Assembly (NCBI RefSeq): GCF_000142905.1
Contig: NW_013657649.1
Coordinates: forward strand, 310,001-374,000
From: Thecamonas trahens ATCC 50062
Taxonomy: Eukaryota > Protista > Apusomonadida
Direction of reading: 5' to 3'
DNA length: 64,000 nt
In this document: one piece after another, positions 20,717 to 30,800 of the stretch
Layout: the number at the start of each line of letters is the position of its first letter
How positions within the stretch are numbered: the stretch's first letter is position 1
Translations under genes and position numbers: made by a program
Notes under the pieces: generated by a model
What the model was told of the DNA's origin: nothing
What the model saw: the letters and a program-made list of their open reading frames with translations, nothing else
Database searches by the model: none

Positions 20717-23245
20717 TTACGCGTCGTACGATGACGACGACGGCGACGACGACGACGGCCGCGAGTCAAACGAGACCCAGTCGGTCGGAAGCGGAAGCGC
20801 GCCGCGGGTGGCGGCGAGGACCTCACCCAGCGCAAGCACCTTCTCGCGATTGAGGTTCTTCCGCCGGGTGGCGGCCACAACGGCCGGATCGAGCCGCCGC
20901 CGCTTGGCCGCCACCTCGGAAAGACCCACCCGCGAGCTCTTGGCCTCGAGAAGCTCGGACGACGCCCGCTCAAAGAGCGTGAGCAGGTAGGCGTAGAGGC
21001 CAAGCGAGAAAAAGGCAAAGACGATGAAGAACAGCCGCCCGCCCGTCGTCCGCGGCGAGAGGTCGCCAAAGCCGACCGTCGACGACGTGACAACCGCAAA
21101 GTACACCGCGTTGCCGTAAGGCGTAATGTGCGACTCGAGGCCGTAGAAGACTCCAGCGGCAACCAGGTTCGAGACCAGGTAGATCAAGGCCACAACAAGG
21201 TAGGCAGAGCCCGACCAGTGCGAGAACTCGTGCCAGGTCGCCGACGTGCACTGGCACCGGTATTCGCTCTCCTCCTCCTCCTCCTCCTCCTCGTCATCGT
21301 CGTCGTCGTACGTGTCGTCGCTCTCATCGCTCTCGTCGTCGTGAGAGTCGCTTTCGCTCGCATCATACTCGATTGAGTAGCGAGTCAAAGCCAGTGTTGA
21401 CGTCGAGGTGTCCGAGTCCGGTCCAGACGCAGACAAGCTCGACGAGGTCATCCTCGCCAGCTGCTCCATGTCCAGCGAGAGGCGGCGCTTGGTGACGATG
21501 GCGACGGCAATGGAGAGGAGGATGGCGGCGCAAAACCCGTAGATGATGACAAAAACCCGACCGGCAGTGGTCTTGGGCGTCAGATCGCCGTAGCCGACGC
21601 CAAAAAGAGTGACGCAAAAGTAGACCGACTCGAACCACGACCAGTCCTCGGCGTAAGTGACGAGCGAGGAAAGGAGGGCAAGGATGATGAGGGCGACGAG
21701 GATGAATAGCAGGTCGCGAATCTCGCTGAGCGTCGGCGCGTCGAAAAAGTACCGCATGAACCCGCCGATCCGGTTGTTGCACCACTGGAGCTGCGGTGCT
21801 TTGCTCGGGCGAAAGGCCGGCTGGCCGGTCGCCCGCGCCACCGCGAGCGCATTCTGTCCGTCTGGCGAGTCATCAAAGAGCTCATGCGCGGCGTAGCGCG
21901 AGTTGTAAATCGCAGTGGCAACCGCAATGGCGTAGCCGCGGACAGCAAGGACGCCGACCGCAAAGACAAGGAAGACTCCCCGCGAGGTCTGGGTCGTCGG
22001 CGCAAAGTCGCCGAGCCCGATGGTGAAGACCGTGACAAAGGCCCAGTAGACCGACTCGAAGAACGACCACTCCTCGAGGCCGTAAAAAATGGCACCAAAG
22101 CCGAGAACCACGGCGAGGAAGACCAGAAAGGCGACAGAGATCTCCTTGACTGCGTCAAACGCGTTGTACAGCGCGTCGCGCCCGGCAAATGAGTCGGTGA
22201 CCGGCAGATCGTCGGCACCGACGACGCGGAGGAACATGTGCGTCGACGTCAGTCGCTTCGAAATGAGCACTCGCGGCGTGAGGAGGGCCAGCTGCTCCAC
22301 AACTGCAGGAGAGGCCGCAACCTCGGGCGTGAGCTCAAGGTCGCACGAGACATCGATCCACTCCGACGGCTGCGTCTCCGAGACCGACGACGACGACGAG
22401 GTTGACGACGAGACGTCGGCCGGGAGCGCCAGGTTATGGGCGCGGCCGTGAAACGGAATGTACACCGTGCCCACTAGATCGTCAGCGTTGACGCGGTCCC
22501 AGTCCCAGAGCTCGAGGGTGACGCCCTCGCGGACGCCGCCGGTAAAAGCCCGCGGGATGACAAAGACCGCGTCCCACATCGGGCGCTGCGAGCCGCGGAC
22601 AACCGGCGTCTGCCAGACAGGCGAGGCGAGGACGTTCGGACAGCAGGCCCACTTTGCAGCCTCGTAGGCCTTGCGCCAGCACGAGACACGGATGGCGGCC
22701 CGGTCGGCAGCCGAGACACGGACGTAGGGATCGATGGTGCCCTTGGGGAGTGACATGCGATCAACGACGAACTTGACTCTGGCCAAAGCCGACTCTGCCA
22801 TCTCATCAATGAGCAGACCAAGAACCACGACGCCTGTGACAGAGAAGACAACGACGGTAGCCTTGCCCGCATCGGTAGCCGGGGAGATGTCCCCGTAGCC
22901 AATGGTGGTCATGACGGCCGTGGTCAGATACAAAGCATCGATAAACGACAGATCCTCATAATGGGTAAAGAGACCAGCACCAAGAACAAAGGCCACTCCC
23001 GAGAGCACAGCTGCAAGTCGCAGCTTGGACGCATGCGCCCAGAGGCAAGCCAATGGCGAGGTATCCCACGGCAGCGCAAAGTCGAACACATGGCTGGACG
23101 ACCACGATGACGTCCACGATGACCTGCTGCCTGTCCTCGCCGTCGTGCCCGTCGTCGTCGTCATTGTCGCATGGTGAAGCCCGGACGAGGACTGCGTTGA
23201 CGCCCAGTCACTGCCCCATGGGTCGGCGGTGGATGTGGTCGACAT
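20717..23245 (-). CDS. K+ channel with four TM-P-TM pore units plus C2 domain
   Basis: 842-aa ORF with four filters (TTIGYGD, FTIGLGD, FGVGYGD, STVGFGD), each flanked by hydrophobic helices, and C2 motifs (DPYVRV, P.WD..F, LELWDWDRVNADDLVG) between P1 and P2. Confidence 0.9.
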   Translation of the reverse strand: MSTTSTADPWGSDWASTQSSSGLHHATMTTTTGTTARTGSRSSWTSSWSSSHVFDFALPWDTSPLACLWAHASKLRLAAVLSGVAFVLGAGLFTHYEDLSFIDALYLTTAVMTTIGYGDISPATDAGKATVVVFSVTGVVVLGLLIDEMAESALARVKFVVDRMSLPKGTIDPYVRVSAADRAAIRVSCWRKAYEAAKWACCPNVLASPVWQTPVVRGSQRPMWDAVFVIPRAFTGGVREGVTLELWDWDRVNADDLVGTVYIPFHGRAHNLALPADVSSSTSSSSSVSETQPSEWIDVSCDLELTPEVAASPAVVEQLALLTPRVLISKRLTSTHMFLRVVGADDLPVTDSFAGRDALYNAFDAVKEISVAFLVFLAVVLGFGAIFYGLEEWSFFESVYWAFVTVFTIGLGDFAPTTQTSRGVFLVFAVGVLAVRGYAIAVATAIYNSRYAAHELFDDSPDGQNALAVARATGQPAFRPSKAPQLQWCNNRIGGFMRYFFDAPTLSEIRDLLFILVALIILALLSSLVTYAEDWSWFESVYFCVTLFGVGYGDLTPKTTAGRVFVIIYGFCAAILLSIAVAIVTKRRLSLDMEQLARMTSSSLSASGPDSDTSTSTLALTRYSIEYDASESDSHDDESDESDDTYDDDDDEEEEEEEESEYRCQCTSATWHEFSHWSGSAYLVVALIYLVSNLVAAGVFYGLESHITPYGNAVYFAVVTSSTVGFGDLSPRTTGGRLFFIVFAFFSLGLYAYLLTLFERASSELLEAKSSRVGLSEVAAKRRRLDPAVVAATRRKNLNREKVLALGEVLAATRGALPLPTDWVSFDSRPSSSSPSSSSYDA

Positions 23246-24781
23246 GGGAAAGGGACGGAGGGGGAGGGGGAGCGGGAGGTGGAGTGGCTGGCGGCGGGCG
23301 GGCTCGGGGTGACAGTGGGCGTGGCGGTTGGGTGTGCGGAGGGAGGGCGCTTTTTTTTTGGTGGGGTAGGGTTTTATTTTTAGGAGGTCGGGAGGGGACG
23401 GGGGGTACGGGTTAGGGTAGGGGGTNNNNNNNNNNNNNNNNNNNNNNNNNNNNNNNNNNNNNNNNNNNNNNNNNNNNNNNNNNNNNNNNNNNNNNNNNNN
23501 NNNNNNNNNNNNNNNNNNNNNNNNNTTTTTTTTTTTATATATAATAACAACCCCCCCCCCCCCCCCCCCTTTTTTTTTTTTTTAGTTACAAGACATATAC
23601 AAAAAAAAAGGGTGTGCGGGCGGGGGGGGGCTCCGCCGCCCCCCCCCCCCCCCCCCCGCCCCCCTGGTGCGGGGGAGCAAAAAAAAAAAACAAATTCTTT
23701 TTTTTTTTTTTGGGCCCCCTTTCCCCCCCCCCCCCGGGGCTTTTTTTGGGAGGGGGAAGGGGAAGCCGACGGGGACGGGGATGGGGGGGACGGGGGTGGC
23801 AATCGGGATGGGAGAGGGGGGAGGGGGGGGGGAGAGAGAGAGAGAGAGATGGGGATGAGAGAGGAGGGGGGGGGAGAAGAGGGGGGGATGGACGGGAGGC
23901 AGGCTAGTGATCGAGGGCTAGCGACGGGACGGAAGGACGACTGGGCGGGGAGGAGAACGGATGGGGTAGGGGAAAGAAGGAGATACAGGGAGATTCATTG
24001 GGATAGAGTGAGGGGGGAGGGGGAAGAGGCAGATGAGGGAGGGCAGGAGGGAGGGTATCGGAGTGGACGTGGAGTACTACTGTAACCGATTTTTTTCCTC
24101 TTGCCCACGAATTAAACAGAACAGCAGGTGTTGGAAGATGGAAGGCGCGGAGAGTCGAATGACGGGACGATGAGGCTACGAGAGTGAGCATGGGTGTGAG
24201 TGGGGCAAAGCATTGAAGCTGTAGCCTGCCGCTTCGAGCGGGTCGCCTCCCACTGACCTGTCTCGTCTCGTAAAAGGTTGGAGGCTTTGATCTGGCCAGA
24301 ACCTGCACATCCACAGCCATCTACCGCCAGCAAAAGCCGCATGCTGACAAGAGCAGTAAGCCACGTCGATGGCACGTACAAGCAACGCGCTCCGTGGTCT
24401 GATGGTGAGGCGGCAAGTGTGGTGCAAGCTGACCCAGTTGCCGTGACATAGTCAACATGACCGTCCATTTTATGATCTCGCTGATCTCCATTCTCGTCGG
24501 TTCCTCACGCACCTTCGCGCCCCCCTCCTAGTCATCGCCAGCACCTCGCCCTTCACCACCCACACCATCCCAAAGCTCGCATCAAGCACCACCTATAGCC
24601 ATCTCGAACAGTATCCGATGTTTGTATAGCGAGAGTAGCAGCCTGCGTGCGTCGCTGCTCCGTTGACGAATCCGGCGGCAGCCAACGGACGAGTGACCGG
24701 CGAGCAGCGTGCGGGGCTGTCTGACGGGGCCGACGACGACAAGCAGACGTCACTCGGGGCCGACGGAGGCGCAGTGCGGCA

Positions 24782-27700
24782 ATGGAGCAACGGCGACCCC
24801 TTCCAACCATTGGAGCAGGCGAGGGAGCGGAGCAGGGGACGGCGACGGTGACGGGGCCAGGGACGGGGACGGTGACGGTGACGGCGACGGCGACGGCGAC
24901 GGCGACGGGGACAACAGCAACACCACCACCACCACCACCACCACCACCAGCAGCAGCAACGACAACTTCATCGTCATCATATGCGTCATCGTTGACATTG
25001 GCAGCTGCAACAACATCAACGACTGCAGCAACAGCGGAGACGTCAATGGTGGCAGCCGCTGATGATGGTCTGGGCTGGGAGGGCGGTGGAGCGGCGATGG
25101 AGGGAGTCCTGGTGGCTTTTGATGCTCAGCCGCTGCACCGCCTGCTGAGGGAGATGCGAAGAGGTATGTTGGCGAGGGCGAGGGCGAGGGCGAGGGCGAG
25201 GGCGAGGGTGCGGGCGAGGGCGCGGGCGAGGACAAGGACGAGGACTCACAAGGGCACGCCATGCTACGCGATGGCTGCGATCACTACCTATCCCTCCCCC
25301 AACCCGCAGTCATCTCGACCCAGGCGCACGCTATCCGCTCGCTTCAGTCACAAGTGACCGAGCTCGCATCCAGGCCCTCCCCTGCCCCTGCCCCTGCCCC
25401 CATCACACCATCGCCCCCATCCCCATCCCCATCCCCTTCCCCATCTCCATCTACATCCCCATCCCCATCTCCCTCTCCTCGCCCGGCCCCCATCCCCTCC
25501 AACCCCACTATCATCCCTTCCACTGCCACCACAGCACCGGCCACCACCCAGACTCGGACTCCTTCTCCTATACCCGAGCCCCAAATCGACCTCTCCATCT
25601 ACGCCACCCATGCTGCGACCGACAAGCTGGCGTCACAGCTGCGCTCGCTTGATGCCCGTCTCTCTGCGCTGGAGATGTCCGACTCGTCGCGGAAGGAGCA
25701 GGCGGCCGAGCTGGAGAGCCAGCTCATCTCGGTCGTTGCGACTACAGAGTCGATGCGGGCCACCGTCGCGTCGTCGCAGTCCCAGATGGAGTCCAAGCTT
25801 CAGGCGCTGCGCGCCTTTGAGTCCAACCTCTCGCGCTCCCACGCCGCCATCATGGCTCTCGAGCACTCGACCTCGCGCCTCCGTGACGATGTCACTGCTC
25901 ACCGCTCCGAGCTTGACTCGCTCTCGGCCCAGGCCGCCCTTGCTGCCGCCGTGCCATCCTCCGTAACCGCCGCTGCGGCGCCGCAACCCGGCACTGAGCC
26001 GATGGCTCAGCCGCTGCCCTCGGTCGGCCTGGCCACCCTCGACTCGAAGCTCCGCTCTGCACTCTCGCGCATGTCTCGAACCGAGGACGAGCTGTCGCGG
26101 ACCCGTGGCGATCTCGACGCGCTATCGGCCACTGTGGTCGCACTGCGCGATGCGCCGCCGGCGCCCGCCACGTTGGCCGCTGCGCCCGCAGGCGTTGCCG
26201 CCACGGACCCGCCCGAGTCGGCCGCCCTCGTCGCCGCCACCCTCACCCTCTCGTCCAAGATCCGCGACATCTCCGGCGAAGTCGCCGCCGTCCGCCGCCA
26301 TGCTGATGCTGGCCTCGCCGACCAGGATCAGCGGCTCAACGCCCTGGCCCGTCGCATGGTCCAGAACGAGCGGACTGTCGCCGCCGCCAAGGGCCAGACC
26401 GCTGTCGTCTCCGCCAAGCTCGAAAGCCTCCACAGCGCCAACCTCCCCTCGCGGGTCACAGCCCTCGAAGACCACGGTACCAAGGCCGAGACCCGCATCG
26501 AAGTCGTCTCTGAAGACATCGCCACTCTTCGCCGTACCTCGCAATACCTCCTCCACGAGAACGCCAGTACCAAGTCGGCGCTCGACGATCTCGCCGACGC
26601 GCGGCCCTCGGCCACAGCCCCCGATCTCGTTACTGCCTCGCTCCGTGACGCACTCGCCTCGCTCCGCCGCGATCTCTCGCAGCTTGCAACCGGCGTCGTC
26701 GCCCTCAAGCACGCCGTCGAGAACCCACCCGATCCCGACGACGCTGCCGCTCCGCGACCGTACATCCCCACACCGCCGCCGCCGCCACCGCTCCCGTCGT
26801 CGCAGCCTGACGCCGACAAGTTGCCGCCCCGCGAGCCGGCGCCCGACGCCGCGCCGTCCGATGCCTCGCCGCCGAGCTCACAGACACACACTCCGAACTC
26901 GGGCCCATGCGCACATCCTCGCGCCGCGGCTCGGCCATCGCCTCGCCAGGTCTCGACCCGTCGTTCCTCAAGCGAGTCGTCTCGCCGTCGGCAGCTTCGC
27001 TCGCCGCCGCCCGCGACGCCGCCCGCGACGGCTCGCTCACCCCGCGGACTGGCCTACCACAGCGCACCGCGCTCTCCCACACTCGGCTCGAGCAAATGGT
27101 CGCCGACCAGGCCCGCGCCGCGTCTGAGGAGGCGCTCTCCGATCTCAAGACAATGCTCCTCACCCTCGTCGCCGACCGCGCCGACCTGCCCACTCCCGGA
27201 AGCTCAGCTCCACCGCCTGATCCGCTCTACAAGCTCGCTACTCTCCTCGGCACACAGCCGTCGTCTGACAAGGCTGCTACGCCCACCTCCGCCACCGCCG
27301 CTACAGCCACCACCACCACCACCACGACCACGACGACCACCCACTCGCTCACCCACACCGCGCTCCTCACCAGGTCGTCCGGCGGCGGGCTTGACGCCGT
27401 TGAAGCTCGCAACCTCGTCCGGGTCATCGACGCCAAGGCCGACAAAGATTACGCAGACGCCATCTATCACAACCTCTCCTCCAAGTTTGTCCAGCTTGCC
27501 ACCGTCGCCTCGCGGAACATCGAGATGCTTGCCCATCTCGTCGGCCGCAAGGCTGACCTCGCTGACCTCGTCGACGTCGAGTCGTCACTCAACGAGACTC
27601 TCGCTGCCGCCACCCGCGCCTCGTCGGGCTCGGCCGCCGCCGGCAAGCTCCACTTCCGCTGCCTCACCTGCAACCGCTTCACCCGCCGCCTCGCCGGCGA

Positions 27701-27818
27701 CGCCACCGCCGCCCATCGCTCCGCCCTCGTCCCCACCCCGCCGCACGAGCCGCCTCACCCCCGCCCGCGCGGCCATCCCATCATCCAGCCCTTCTCGGAG
27801 CGGACCCAAAAGTCATAA
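24782..27818 (+). CDS. Coiled-coil protein with C-terminal CxxC motif, QRICH2/C16orf96 (DUF4795)-like; intron 25164-25309; apparent frameshift near 26860-26907
   Basis: Phase-1 intron GTATGT...GGACTCAC...CCGCAG joins ORF 24782 (…AFDAQPLHRLLREMRR) to ORF 25261 (VISTQAHAIRSLQ…). Long coiled coil; C-terminus VIDAKADKD…RKADLADL…GKLHFRCLTCNR resembles QRICH2 (IDVKADK…HFHCLSCDR). Start could be 24782 or a downstream ATG (~25046). Confidence 0.65.
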
Positions 27819-27854
27819 CCATTACAGCGCAGCACACAACCAACAAACTACTCT

Positions 27855-30800
27855 TTACAGTCCCTGAAGATAGAACTCCCACGGCGGCATGCCGTCGGCC
27901 CGGATGGACAGCTTGCCGTTGCGGAGGCCGCCGGCAGCAGTCTTGTACCCGACGCTCACGCTGGTGCTCTTCTTGGAGCTGAGCACCTCGCCAGACTTGA
28001 CGGTAAAGCACGGGTTGTCGACCTCGTACACAAACGAAGTCGACTCGGCAAAGACATTCTTGAACGGGATCGACACCGAACCGCCGCTCTTGATGCTGAT
28101 CGGGCCCTGTGGGACCGGCGGCGTGCAGTGGCCAAACAGCGGGACCACGTACTCACCGGCATCGCGCGAGCTGAGCTTGAGCATTGCCTTGGCATCTCCA
28201 AGCTCACCGGGTTCATACACCACCTCAAACGCGACCGGGACGCCGGCGCTTGTTACCGCGCTGCCGCCGGCCGACGGGCCGGCGCCGTCGGGCGCCGCCG
28301 GCGCGTGCACGCTCTTCGGCACCGAAAAATCCTCAGAGCCCGAGACCGAGCACGAGTAACTAGTGGCGCTTGGGAGGTAGTGCACAATCGTGACGTGCTT
28401 GACCTGCGACGAGCCGAGCCCGGCCCGGAACTGCACAGCAGGCTCAACGTTGGTCGACCGCGCCGAGAGCCGGAGCGAGTAGAGGAATGTTCCCAGCGCA
28501 CTCGACGTAAACGAGAGCTTGCCGGTCGCCTGCCCAACCTTGAGTGGCATGTACGAGAGCATGAACACCGCGTCCGACTGCGGCTCGATGACTGCGCTCG
28601 CAGGCTCCACGCTCAGGCCGGAAATCTTGTGGACCGCCGACACGCTCGCCGGTCGCGGCAGTGGATTCGAAATCACCAGCTCGTGCTCCACGCGCTGTCG
28701 GATCGGCGTCTCCAGCGCGATGACCTCCAGCGGCGACGGCGGGAGCGAGCGGAACACAAACCGGTAGTACATGTACTCGCCGGTGCTCCTGTTGGTGAAC
28801 ACAATCCTTCCACTCAGCACCTCCTCCTTCAGCGCGTAGTACGAGAACTTGTACTGCCGCGACGCAAGCGCCGGCAGATCGATGTGCTGCAGCCCGTTGA
28901 GCGACGCCGTCCGCCGCGGCGACCCGCTCTCGCCGCTCTCGCTGCCGTCGTACTCAAAGCTCACCGCGAACCGCTGCGGGACCGCGAGCCAGTTGGAGAT
29001 CGTTACCGCCTCTGCCACCTTGACCTTGCACTCGACCTCGCGCTTGAGCTCGCCTGCAGCGTTTGGCGGGCCAGCAATGCCCACCAGTGGGAAGAGCAGG
29101 CCCGAGCCGTCCGGCAGCGGGAAGAAGACCTCGCCATGGTGCGGTGCCTCGCGGCTCGACATCACCACAGGCTGGTACGTCAGCACGTATGACGCGCTCG
29201 AGTTGAGAGGCACAGAAATCGACGACGGCCCGCTCCATGGGCCGGCAGACAGCGCAGGCACAATGCCAACCCAGTCCATGCCCGACTTGTTCGCCAGCGA
29301 GATGGTCTTGGTCACGCTCTCGCGAACCGGCGCCTCAAACACGACCGCATGCTGTGGCTCTGGTGGCGGCACACATGCACCCTGCATCGCCACCTCGATC
29401 GGCTCCTGACCCTCCACGTTGCATCGGATGCCCTCGAACCGGATTGCGTCCTGCACCACAGGTGGCGCAAAGATGATCGTGCAGTTGACGTCCGTCCCCG
29501 GAATGAGGTAGCCCTCGGACGGCTCGATCGAGAATGCACGGCTGGCGCGCCCGAGCTCCCACTTGAACCGCACACCGATGTCGCCGATGTTCTGCAGCGC
29601 AAGCACCTTGGTAGTCGACGAGCCCGAGGTCACCGCCCCAAACGCAACCTCGTTGGTGTCGACCTTCACCTCCACGCCCTGACAGCAGCCCGAGACCACC
29701 GCCAGCCCGCGCCGAACGCCCGCCACGCTCGCCACAAACTCCTCCTCAAACGTGTGCTGCCGGTCGACCGGTGCGTACGTCATCGAGATCTTACGGATCT
29801 GCCGCGGCTTGATGACGAAAACGCCCCCCGGCGAGAAGCTGATATGCCGGCTTGCAAAACGCTCCGAGTTCTCCCTCACATCAACCTTGACTGGAATCGG
29901 CGACCGATTGATGAGCGCCACGACCCGCGACGCCGTCGCGCCCTTGTGCAGGACGCCAAACGAGACCATCCGGCTTGTCGCGTCCACAAGCTCCACTCGC
30001 GGCGAGACGCCCGAGCCCTCCACCGTCACCGTCACTTGCGAGAGCGTGTTGACCTCAAACACGAGCTCTTCCCGCATCGCCTCCTCACTCCGCGGCGTAA
30101 ACAGGATCGGGAGCTGCGCAGACTCGCCCGGCGCAAGCACCGTCGGTGGCGCTTGCACCTCCAGGTACTCGGTGTTGTCAAAGAGGCACTCGAACGCGAC
30201 GTCCTTCACGTCCTCGTTCGTCACCACAAGCACCTTGGTCGGCACCGCAGAGCCGACTCGGTGGAGGACGCACGGGCCAAAGTCGTGGTGGAGGACAGAA
30301 AACTTGAGCGCAGGCCGCCGGACCGCGCCCGACACCAGCAGTGGGTACGTCTTGCCGTTAGTCACCTTGCAGTAGACCTTGACGCGCTTGAGCGCAACCT
30401 CGGACTCGGCACCAAGCGTCAGCAGGCACTCGGTCCGCGACTCGCGGCCCACAATACCGAGCGCAGGCTCAATCGAGAGCACGCCAGCGTTCTCATACTC
30501 GGGCGGGAGCGCCCACTTAAAGTCGAGGTTCGTGCTCCCAGCGTTGACCACCACAAGTTTGCGGCTTGCCCGCTCTGAGATCTGGATCCGCCCAAAGTCC
30601 ACCATGTTGCCTGCGCCCGGCGCCAGCCGCACCAGCCGCGCATCCTCAGTGCCACTGCCGGAGCTCAGCCCCGCGCCCGACCGCTCCAGGAAGAGCTCGT
30701 CGCGGATGGCGTAGCCCTCGCCCTTGACGTTGAGCACCAGCCGCGTCGGCTTGTGTTGCACCTTGCACACCATGTTGAAGTTGAACGCCTTCTCTACTGG

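Noticed and set aside
23526-23900. Extreme homopolymer block (poly-T/A/C/G) beside a gap
   Set aside because: Looks like low-quality contig-end sequence; no feature can be supported.
24437-24456. GTTGCCGTGACATAGTCAAC, resembling an RFX X-box upstream of the QRICH2-like gene
   Set aside because: Imperfect match with wrong spacing, and no similar site was seen upstream of HYDIN or PKD2.
24112-24468. 118-aa minus-strand ORF ending in a CAAX-like CCSV*, with CACTCAC…TAG just upstream of the last 21 codons
   Set aside because: It lacks the GC3-rich codon bias of neighbouring genes and no family or convincing donor site was recognised. A small spliced gene cannot be excluded without RNA data.
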